Positions 37,767 through 45,481 of a stretch of 64,000 nucleotides of DNA are shown here, piece after piece. The stretch spans positions 2,103,999 to 2,167,998 of the forward strand of contig OX638343.1 in NCBI GenBank assembly GCA_951813075.1, read 5' to 3'. Positions within the stretch are counted from its first letter, which is position 1. The number at the start of each line of letters is the position of its first letter. Source of the DNA: Arenicellales bacterium (GTDB taxonomy: Bacteria > Pseudomonadota > Gammaproteobacteria > Arenicellales > JAJDZL01). A model generated the notes under the pieces. That model did not search any database and had not been told where the DNA came from. It worked only from the letters and a program-made list of their open reading frames with translations. Position numbers and translations under genes: made by a program.

Positions 37767-38370
37767 GTGGTAGGAAACCAATACAACCCGGACTATGTGG
37801 AAGCGCCCGGATCAGTACTCAAAGAGCGATTGGAAGTACGAGGTATTTCACAGGCCGAATTGGCTAGAAGATGCGGACGCTCTGCCAAACTCATTAGTGA
37901 AATTATCGCTGGTAAAGCGCCGCTTGAACCGGAAACTGCGCTTCAACTTGAAAAAGTGCTCGGTGTTGACGCCAGCATCTGGACTGGAATCGAAACCAGC
38001 GTTCAGATTCACAGGAGCCCGTAAGCTGGGCTCAGAAAATACAGCAGTAAACCTTGAGTGGGTAAGATCTTTTCCTGTTCGTGAACTGGTAATAGAATAA
38101 TGCTTTCAGCGGCCAGATTCAGAAGCCGATTCGGTGTTAGAGTCGTTACAGTTCTTCAGCGTCGGTACTTTTGACGCTTGGCGTGTACGGTACAACAGTG
38201 CGAAAGTTGTTTGGTACTGCTCGCCAGTAGCACTCAAAAACAGTGTCGTTAACCCGAAATTCTTTTCGGACTCCATCATCCAGAAACTTGGAATGCTCGC
38301 TACAGTCAACAAATTCGCTCGAAAAAAAGCATCAGCCAAGGCTGGCATTCAACTGTTGAAGTTGCACTAA
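37767..38370 (+). pseudogene. HigA/XRE-family HTH antitoxin-like gene, disrupted
   Basis: The N-terminus PGSVLKERLEVRGISQAELARRCGRSAKLISEIIAGKAPLEPETALQLEKVLGVDASIW is a HigA-type HTH. The reading frame shifts near 38010-38022, and an in-frame TAA at 38098-38100 precedes ...SVLESLQFFSVGTFDAWRVRY. Confidence 0.55.
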
Positions 38371-38376
38371 AGTTAA

Positions 38377-39368
38377 TATGCCTCTGCACTTAATTCAGGA
38401 TAGCATGCAACGGTCTGGAATCGACGGCGGCCTGCAGGAGTCGCATTGGGATCTGCGGCTCCCACCAGCGGCGGTTGAACCGGTAGACGAACTCGTCAAC
38501 ATATTCCTGCATGTGTTTGTGTGACACACCATGAAAGGTTCCGAGCAGAAACGTTTCCAGATTGCTGATCACCACATGCACCTTCGGCAGTCAGTTGGCG
38601 GCTTCCTCAGGTGACGTCACTTTCGGGTGATGTTCTTGGCTTTTGGAAATCGCCCGCATTCCTGTGAACGCATCGGATCGGACCACCACATCTGCACTGA
38701 GGTACGAGCAGAACTTCTCCATCGATCGGAAATCAACATGATCCACCACGCGGGCGTGCATGAGGCCGGCTGTGTTGCCGTTGTTCTGCACCGCAAACAG
38801 CACCGGTTTGCGCCCTTTGGCGCCGCGGCCGCGCGTTCCCGTGCGTTTCCCTGCGACATAGGCGTCATCGAGCTCGATCAGCCCATCGAGCAGATAGCGG
38901 CTGTCACGCTCGACCATCGCAGCCCTGAGCTTTCTCAGCATCAGCCGTGCGGTACGCCACTGCACGCCGATCAGTTTCGACAGTCGCAGTGCCGATACAC
39001 CGCCCTTGTCGGTTGCCACCAGGTAGATGGCGGCAAACCACTTGCTCAGCGGCACCTTGCTGTGGTCGAACATGGTTCCGGCGGTGACCGAGGTCTGACG
39101 TCGGCAGTGTTGGCATTCGTACAGTGCCCGACGCTTGATACGGTACGCCTGGTGGTGTCCGCATCTTGGGCAGCTGAAGCCGTCACGGCCCCAGCGGACC
39201 AGTTCGAGAAGCGCTCTGCAGGCCTCATGGGTGGCGTATTTGCGGGTCCATTCGAGATAGCTGATTTCTGTCTATTTTATTTTTGTATTTCCTTCATAAT
39301 ATCAATCATTTATGTAGGATATTATACAATATTCAGTGTCGCTGACCTGACTTAAGTGCAGAGGCATA
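38377..39368 (-). mobile_element. IS1595-family insertion sequence, 992 bp
   Basis: Terminal inverted repeats TATGCCTCTGCACTTAATTCAGG (left) and TATGCCTCTGCACTTAAGTCAGG (right, reverse-complemented) match at 22/23. It holds a single transposase frame. A second, deleted copy lies at 44290-44766. Confidence 0.88.
38390..39271 (-). pseudogene. IS1595-family transposase interrupted by an in-frame TGA, with no canonical start codon
   Basis: Zinc ribbon CPRCGHHQAY...CQHCRRQ, a DDE region, and C-terminal GTFHGVSHKHMQEYVDEFVYRFNRR. The TGA at 38591-38593 gives ...EEAAN*LPKVHVV, where related transposases (from memory) have Trp. After the upstream TAG, the frame begins TEISYLEW with no ATG, GTG or TTG. 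Confidence 0.7.
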
Positions 39369-39993
39369 TAAAGTAATAATAACCGCGCCAGGGTGGTCCT
39401 GATGTGGGATGCACAGTACCGTCGGTGTCTTGCTCCAAAGCGGCCAAAGCGAGATTGTAGCAGTGTTGATCGAACTGAGCTAGCTCGGTTTTAAGCGCCT
39501 GATCGGAAATGTTCGCATAATCCAGTGCAAGATTCATAGCGCGCATATGCTGCGGTAATTCAATACTGTGAATGGTAACCTTGAATATCTCGGTGAATCC
39601 GGCCGCAAACTGGATTACTGCCCACCACAAGACGGGTACACGAATACCCTGCGCGGGTGTTGAGTTGTCGGTGCTCGCTTCAATAGCACTCACCTTATTT
39701 CCAGTCAGGGTTGAGGTGTATGTCATCTCGGAAGCTTGGACATGTATTGCGGGCAGGAACGCTAGCAGCATGGCAAGCGTTGCCAGAAAGATATCCTGTT
39801 CCATCCGCCGCAATGAAACCGGCGCGGCGGCCTTGGCTTCCTGGCTGCGCGCCGGGTCGTACCAGTTTTTCCAGAACAGCCAAGCTATCGGTATGAAGAT
39901 GACTCCGGAACCGACAAGCAAGACAGCCAGTTTGTTTGCTACATCGAACGCGAACAGCGTCAGTGCCAGCTCCATGTATGAATCAGTTCTCAT
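39352..39993 (-). pseudogene. TraG N-terminal-domain-like conjugation membrane protein, truncated by the IS
   Basis: It has TM helices plus ...ISDQALKTELAQFDQHCYNLALAAL, which I remember as TraG_N-like. The ORF reads into the IS inverted repeat, and the last ~5 codons and the stop at 39352-39354 are IS sequence. TraG-type proteins are much longer than 213 aa. Confidence 0.4.
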
Positions 39994-40037
39994 GGAAGGT
40001 AGCGGACTGATTGCCGGCCAGGATTGATTTTGCCTGC

Positions 40038-41264
40038 CTACCGACGAGCGGCCAGCAGCTCAAGCGCTGTTTCCGAGACGATGGTACGGCGGATCTGGAA
40101 TTCCCAAGCCAGGCGATCAATATCCTTTTCCAGCCTGACTGCGGCTGTGTCGATCTCTTTCCTAGCCGGATCTGTTGTCGCTATGTTCGGTTCGGATCGG
40201 CCGGCCAGCAGCAGGCGGTGCGCCAGCAGTGCCTGATCGATCACTCTTGCAGTCGCAGCCTCGGTCGCGATGCGTTCGGCGTACAGGCCGATGCTACCTT
40301 CATCAAATTTGTATAGAGCGCGGACGACGTTGGGCTGGATTCCTCCTGCAGGGTGGAACAGGACATCGCCCTGGGCATGACGTATCGAAAGCTGTGGTGC
40401 TGTAGCGTACACTTCCTGAAGTGCCTCCAGGATCCTGGTCTTTTCCTGCTCTATTTTGGGCTGAAGGCCGGTAGCCGTCGCCGTCGTTGGCGCTCCATCC
40501 GAATGAATACCTACATCACCGACAACATCCGTCACCCATTTCGCAGCGAGTTGAGGCGTCGACCAGGTTGCGGCAGTGAGCGAGGATCCGTCCGGCGCCG
40601 ATTTGCAGTCAGCGGGCTGGCCGTTCACAACGCACCAGCCGGCGATGACGGTGTCCCGTACCGGTCGCAACGGCGGGTTTCCGGGGCACCCGGCCTCCCG
40701 GCCTCCCACCCAGGTGATGCAGGGATCTTCTGTTTCCTCGACCTGACGGTGTGCTTCGGTTGCGGACGCCCCTCGCAGTTGCTGGCGCTGCCATTCCTCA
40801 GCTTTGGCATGACGCTGCCAGGCGGTGGAGGGCTGGTCGCCGGTGATCAGATCGCAGGCGTTGACGCTGTGGCGCCATGCGTCTTCAGAGCGTACCGAGT
40901 AGTGCTGGGTCAGCTGGCACAGGACCGGCTGGGCCCTGCACAAAATACCGCCCGGCAGTGCCGCCGTAATTCCCGTGGGTATCGAACCCAGATCCGCGAG
41001 GCCGGCGAGACCAGGGGTATCGCCGATAAGGCCGCGCAGCATCGAGCCAACATCCTGTCTGGGATTGAACGCCCCGCAGCTGAATCTGTCGGGACCGTAG
41101 GCGTCACCGAAGTTCACGGATTCAAGCGTGACCGGTTCAGAACCGGACAAGGTGCCGCCGATGCTATAGAAAAGCTTATCGTTCTTTACATACTGTGCGG
41201 TGGCTGTTGTCGCGTGCGCAAGCAACAGTGCGGCGATAATGGTAATCAGGTTCAGACGATTCAT
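40038..41264 (-). CDS. Integrating-conjugative-element periplasmic protein (PFL_4711/TIGR03755-like)
   Basis: 408 aa with a signal peptide (IIAALLLAHATTATA), several Cys, and high GC. Its position between the TraU-like and TraG-like genes matches the ICEclc/PFGI-1-type order as I remember it. Confidence 0.45.
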   Translation of the reverse strand: MNRLNLITIIAALLLAHATTATAQYVKNDKLFYSIGGTLSGSEPVTLESVNFGDAYGPDRFSCGAFNPRQDVGSMLRGLIGDTPGLAGLADLGSIPTGITAALPGGILCRAQPVLCQLTQHYSVRSEDAWRHSVNACDLITGDQPSTAWQRHAKAEEWQRQQLRGASATEAHRQVEETEDPCITWVGGREAGCPGNPPLRPVRDTVIAGWCVVNGQPADCKSAPDGSSLTAATWSTPQLAAKWVTDVVGDVGIHSDGAPTTATATGLQPKIEQEKTRILEALQEVYATAPQLSIRHAQGDVLFHPAGGIQPNVVRALYKFDEGSIGLYAERIATEAATARVIDQALLAHRLLLAGRSEPNIATTDPARKEIDTAAVRLEKDIDRLAWEFQIRRTIVSETALELLAARR

Positions 41265-41434
41265 GATTTCTCCTCCTTTCTTGAGTTTTTTGCAGCCTGT
41301 TCTCGAAGTATCGAGACGGGCAGGAACATGTAAAGTGTCGAGATCGCCTTGCCCACCTGATCGGCGACTTCGGCAGGCGTCAGTCCCTCCAGCAGCAGCT
41401 TATGCGCCTTATTGCGCCACTCCGGTGGAGACCC
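41261..41434 (-). pseudogene. Start-less resolvase-type HTH fragment
   Basis: My own translation gives PPEWRNKAHKLLLEGLTPAEVADQVGKAISTLYMFLP... It is bounded upstream by TAG (41435-41437), and its TGA overlaps the ATG of the next gene (ATGA at 41261-41264). Confidence 0.35.
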
Positions 41435-41458
41435 CTAACGACAAGACCGCGTCGGCGA

Positions 41459-42352
41459 CTATAGGTGGCGGTATATGGTCGCGACGCTGATGCCTACTTT
41501 TGCGGCGATCTGACGGAGTGTCATATCGGTACCGACCAGAAGCGCCTCGACTTCAGCAAGCTTGGCGAGCGTGGTCGGTTTGGCACGGTGGGGTTTCGGT
41601 TTCTCAGTCACGACTAGAGTCCAGTCTCGCCAATAAATATACCGCGTTTGCGGCAGCAGCGGTAACGTTGCCAGTAATGCCAGCCATAACGTCCGTCCTC
41701 CGCGGCGGCCGAGGGCGGTGTGAGGGTTCCGAACCGGCGACATTGCCGGGTGGGTTCCGGCGTCAACATCTGCCAGCGAGGCAGCCGGCCGGCAGCCGGT
41801 CTCGTTCTTTGTCTCCTTCCAGACCCCGACGGAATGCGAGCATGTCTTGGGGTCGGACGCTTCGGGGTCGCCGCGCAACATCCGCCGGGCGCTGTGACTG
41901 TTCCTGTAGGGTGTCGCAACATGCCCCTCCGGGTTGCGGGTGACAATGTCCACACCGCGTGTAGCTGTGACCGCGGCCGCCTTGGCCGGGTGGGGCTGCA
42001 TCACGAAGCCGGTGCGCGGGCGCAGCGGCCCCCACGTATTGTCGGGGCTGAGTCCTACCTCGCCCTGGTCTTTCAGGGCGGGAACTCGCCGGTTATCCCC
42101 GGTGCCGCGCCAGACCTCCGCATCAGCGGATGCCGACAGATAGGGATGAAAGGGGGTTACGTCTGTGCGGCACATGAACCGACCGGACCCCAGACTGTCC
42201 AGGACCGCGGCGGGGTTGCCGACCACATCGGTCTCGAAATAATTGAGCATGTTGCTGAACCGGTTCCGGTTTGTCGCTCCGGTCATTCCGGTCGCCGGCT
42301 GTGACGCTGGATGCGCGGACTTCGCCGCCTCGGCTGTGAGTATTTTTTTCAT
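41459..42352 (-). pseudogene. Chimeric ORF: TraU-like (PFL_4710/TIGR03756-like) body fused to a serine-recombinase C-terminal HTH
   Basis: The body contains ...LNYFETDVVGNPAAVLD...FHPYLSASADAEVWR...PRTGFVMQPHPAKAAAVTATRGVDIV, which resembles TraU. The tail HRAKPTTLAKLAEVEALLVGTDMTLRQIAAKVGISVATIYRHL is a typical resolvase/invertase HTH without its catalytic domain. Confidence 0.45.
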
Positions 42353-42565
42353 GATCTTGAACGTCGTTGTGTTCGCCAGAGCCTGACTGCGTCCCGGAGA
42401 TCATACAGTCCTTCAAAGACAAAACGTCGGTTGATTATGATCGCTGGAAACCGGCGGACACGAATCGCGGCGGCTGCAGAGCGGGCGATGGCGGAATTGA
42501 TCGCCTGCCGTTTCTTGGCTTCGGTGAGCCGACCGATCCGGCGCTCCGCCTGGCGACCGGTGTCA
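42349..42565 (-). pseudogene. DUF1525/PFL_4709 (TIGR03757)-like ICE protein remnant lacking its N-terminus
   Basis: ...TEAKKRQAINSAIARSAAAAIRVRRFPAIIINRRFVFEGLYDLRDAVRLWR resembles the remembered C-terminal consensus (..kiPAVVvD.ryVVYG..Dva.A...). No signal peptide is present. Its stop overlaps the next ATG (ATGA at 42349-42352). Confidence 0.3.
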
Positions 42566-42608
42566 GTTACGTTTGAAACTCCCCAAAAGTTACGTTTGAA
42601 ATTCCCCA
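42566..42608. repeat. Two 20-bp direct repeats, 23-bp period
   Basis: GTTACGTTTGAAACTCCCCA (42566-42585) and GTTACGTTTGAAATTCCCCA (42589-42608) match at 19/20. They lie at the junction between two ICE gene remnants. Confidence 0.85.
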
Positions 42609-42653
42609 CCTGAGAAGAGTGAAGTAAAACGTTACCTACACGGTAGGCGGCGG

Positions 42654-43262
42654 TCATTGCGCGTCTTGCCGCGTCAGACCCGGTTTCATCCCCTGCTGTG
42701 CATGATTGAGTGTGATCACCTGGCGCTGGACAAGCTCTGGCGGAACGGCGTGATGCGACGCCCATGAACGCACAGCATTGTCATCTGACGCTCCAGACAC
42801 ATATATGTCAACTCCGACACCCTGGTGCGCCTGGGCCAGCGCTTCGTTGATGGTTTCGGTGCAGTCGCCTGTGACGCACGTCACCGCAGACACCAGTTGC
42901 AGCCGTCGGGGCGGGGCGGCGGATAATTCGACGACAGCGTCACGGTAGTCAGCCTCGAAATCAGCTATCTGCTGCAGTATTCTCAGCTGCTGGCTTGCGA
43001 ACATGCGTGCGAAGCGGCGACGTTCGTCAGGTGTCTCTGCCAGGATGCCGAGCACCTCAAGCGGCGTCAGATCTTCTGACAGCAGTCCATGGTGAAGGAT
43101 GCGTAACTCGGTGTAGCGGTTCCATTCGTCGACCGTCAATCCCCAGCTGTCCGCCTGGCGTGTCGCCAGCGTACCGGCAGTCTCGGGCAGCGTCACGGTC
43201 TGGGCGTGAACCGGCGGTGCCAGGAACAGCAGCAGGAGGGAGATGATCGTCGGGCGTGTCAT
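42654..43262 (-). CDS. ICE-associated periplasmic protein (possibly PFL_4693/TIGR03759-like)
   Basis: 202 aa with a signal peptide (LLLLFLAPPVHA), WGLTVDEWNRY..., and ...VDIYVSGASDDNAVRSWASHHAVPPELVQRQVITLNH. The family assignment is from memory only. Confidence 0.4.
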   Translation of the reverse strand: MTRPTIISLLLLFLAPPVHAQTVTLPETAGTLATRQADSWGLTVDEWNRYTELRILHHGLLSEDLTPLEVLGILAETPDERRRFARMFASQQLRILQQIADFEADYRDAVVELSAAPPRRLQLVSAVTCVTGDCTETINEALAQAHQGVGVDIYVSGASDDNAVRSWASHHAVPPELVQRQVITLNHAQQGMKPGLTRQDAQ

Positions 43263-43271
43263 CGCAACCAG

Positions 43272-44069
43272 TCAGCCAGTGAGCGACAGTTCAGTCTCGC
43301 GGCCGCGCCCACTGCGGAAAAGTGCGGTTCGGCGGGCCGGGTCGATCGCCAGCAACTGCCAGCCTGCCACCGTTGACTGCGGTTCAATCATTGTGACCTT
43401 GCCCTCCAGATGCAGCACCGCGTTCCATTTTTTCTCCCACCGGTCGATTCCGATAAGCGTGAAGGGCGGCGAAGGCGAAGATTCCTCCTCTGTCATGGCC
43501 ACTGCAATGGCCGCTGAACGATGTTGCTGTGCCAGGTCGTTCACACCCTCCTCAAGCATTGCGATCCGGTGTTTCAGATCACTGACATGGGCGCCCAGCT
43601 GTGCGATGGTCGCAACGATATCGTCAAGGCTATCGATCCGTTCAGACAGATACAGATTTGCATCATCGTTGCTGCGCAGCAATTGTGCGACGCTTACCAT
43701 CAGATCATGTATCTCAAGCGCCAGCGGCCGGGGGTCGTCAGCAGCCGGGGGTGTGTCCGGTTCTGCCTGCATCATCGCCTGGACCGGCAGTTGTGCCATG
43801 CTGATCAGTTCCTCAGGTGTGGCCGGTGGGGTTGATACAGATGTCGGTGCGACAGGCAGGGGCGGATCCTGCAGCCGCGGAACCATAATCACAGCTATCA
43901 GCGTGAAAGTGACCACGCAGGCAATGCCCGCTCCGAACTGCAACAAGCGCTGCCGCAACGACAGCCGCCGTCTGCCGGACGGGGGGGCCTGACCGTCGGA
44001 CTGAGGGTCAGCAGCCGGTGGGTCTGTGACCGGCAGCGGTTCCGTATCAGGAGTAGTGTCATCGCTCAT
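43272..44069 (-). CDS. Bitopic membrane protein of unknown function (island cargo)
   Basis: 265 aa: a Pro/Asp-rich N-terminus, one TM helix (FGAGIACVVTFTLIAVIMV), a helical middle, and a beta-rich C-terminus (FTLIGIDRWEKKWNAVLHLEGKVTMIEPQSTVAGWQLLAID). Confidence 0.5.
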   Translation of the reverse strand: MSDDTTPDTEPLPVTDPPAADPQSDGQAPPSGRRRLSLRQRLLQFGAGIACVVTFTLIAVIMVPRLQDPPLPVAPTSVSTPPATPEELISMAQLPVQAMMQAEPDTPPAADDPRPLALEIHDLMVSVAQLLRSNDDANLYLSERIDSLDDIVATIAQLGAHVSDLKHRIAMLEEGVNDLAQQHRSAAIAVAMTEEESSPSPPFTLIGIDRWEKKWNAVLHLEGKVTMIEPQSTVAGWQLLAIDPARRTALFRSGRGRETELSLTG

Positions 44070-44175
44070 GATATGGATTGTAGAGTCGGAATTCGGTCGA
44101 AGTCAAATATTTTACCAGCGCCTGCTGTCGCAGGGGTTTGAAGTTCTTTTCCCTGGTGGCACTTGGGGGAGTCCG

Positions 44176-44197
44176 AGAGGGGGCATCCCCCTCTTTT
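44176..44197 (+). terminator. GC-rich hairpin followed by a T-run
   Basis: AGAGGGGG (44176-44183), loop CAT, CCCCCTCT (44187-44194), then TTT. It lies in the non-coding right end of the island. Confidence 0.4.
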
Positions 44198-44289
44198 CCC
44201 ACTCATCGCAGCTGCGGGTCTTGTGTGCGGTGCGAAAGCCGCGCGCGGGCGGCGGGTTAAAGTTTTTAAATCAAGTACAAAATCTTTAA

Positions 44290-44766
44290 TATGCCTCTGC
44301 ACTTAATTCAGGATAGCATGCAACGGTCTGGAATCGACGGCGGCCTGCAGGAGTCGCATTGGGATCTGCGGCTCCCACCAGCGGCGGTTGAACCGGTAGA
44401 CGAACTCGTCAACATATTCCTGCATGTGTTTGTGCGACACACCATGAAAGGTTCCGAGCAGAAACGTTTTCAGATTGCTGATCACCACATGCACCTTCGG
44501 CAGTCAGTTGGCATTCGTACAGTGCCCGACGCTTGATACGGTACGCCTGGTGGTGTCCGCATCTTGGGCAGCTGAAGCCGTCACGGCCCCAGCGGACCAG
44601 TTCGAGAAGCGCTCTGCAGGCCTCATGGGTGGCGTATTTGCGGGTCCATTCGAGATAGCTGATTTCTGTCTATTTTATTTTTGTATTACCTTCATAATAT
44701 CAATCATTTATGTAGGATATTATACAATATTCAGTGTCGCTGACCTGACTTAAGTGCAGAGGCATA
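44290..44766 (-). mobile_element. 477-bp internal-deletion derivative of the IS1595-family element
   Basis: It has the same terminal repeats and orientation as the 38377-39368 copy. The interior corresponding to 38600-39114 (515 bp) is missing, with GTTGGC present at both deletion edges in the full copy. I saw three substitutions between the copies. Confidence 0.88.
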
Positions 44767-44880
44767 TAAGTTAATTTCAAGTTCAGTAATGTTACCGATA
44801 TATTGACCGCAAGAATTCTGTAATGTTTTATCAATGAAAACCGAAAGACAGTTTATAGTTCAGGAGGAACTGGAACAACC

Positions 44881-45336
44881 ATGACAGCGATGAGATTTCA
44901 TTCTGAACCCCTGCAGGATTCCTGGTTAGACGCGTACGGACATCTGAATGAAGCCTACTATCTTGTTCCGTTCACCAACACTACATGGATCATGCAGGAT
45001 CATTTCAAGATTGGCGTCGATTACTTTGAGAAAACCGGTTGCGCGCTTTATACGGTGGAGACCCATTTGCGATATGTCAGCGAAGTCAGACAACCTGCAA
45101 CAATCGACGTGGAGACTATGATTCTCGGGTCGGATCCCAAAAAAATATGGTTTGCTCATGTCATGCTGGTGGAGGAGAAAATATGTGCGACAGCCGAGTT
45201 TATGCTTCTCCACTACAGCACCCGAGAAAACAGAACGATACCCATGCCCCAACAGACTCAGATCATGCTGGACGATGCGGAAATCGACCCGCGGCCGAAT
45301 TGGGTGGGAAGACGAATTTCACTGTGCAGGCAATAA
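44881..45336 (+). CDS. Hotdog-fold acyl-CoA thioesterase (4HBT/YbgC-like)
   Basis: 151 aa. The N-terminal ...DAYGHLNEAYYLVPF... and ...YTVETHLRYVSE... pattern is typical of 4HBT_2 thioesterases. Confidence 0.7.
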   Translation: MTAMRFHSEPLQDSWLDAYGHLNEAYYLVPFTNTTWIMQDHFKIGVDYFEKTGCALYTVETHLRYVSEVRQPATIDVETMILGSDPKKIWFAHVMLVEEKICATAEFMLLHYSTRENRTIPMPQQTQIMLDDAEIDPRPNWVGRRISLCRQ

Positions 45337-45481
45337 CAGGAATTCGTCGGTTGGACGCAGCGCCCTTGGTGAGCATATATGTCGCTCGTTTTCGATTTGC
45401 TCTATACTAATACCATCTTTTCATCCAAGTCAAACTCGGTCGGTATGACCGAATAACTCACCAAATGAGGAGGATCATGCA

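Noticed and set aside
38591-38593. TGA read as Trp (alternative genetic code)
   Set aside because: TGA terminates many well-conserved genes here at their expected ends, for example rpmH at 6981-6983 and livM at 48780-48782. The standard code therefore applies.
42566-42608. Interpreting TGGGGAATTTCAAACGTAAC as a Tn3-family 38-bp terminal inverted repeat
   Set aside because: It begins with GGGG and contains ACGTAA, but it is only about 20 bp, is duplicated in tandem, does not end in TAAG, and has no inverted partner or transposase in the window.
38627-43992. Long plus-strand ORFs in the island (38627-39355, 40353-41333, 41720-42304, 43243-43992 and many 60-100-aa ORFs)
   Set aside because: High GC suppresses stop codons, so antisense frames stay open. 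Their translations are Arg/Ala/Gly/Pro-rich and low in complexity with no motifs, and each overlaps a minus-strand gene that does carry recognisable motifs.
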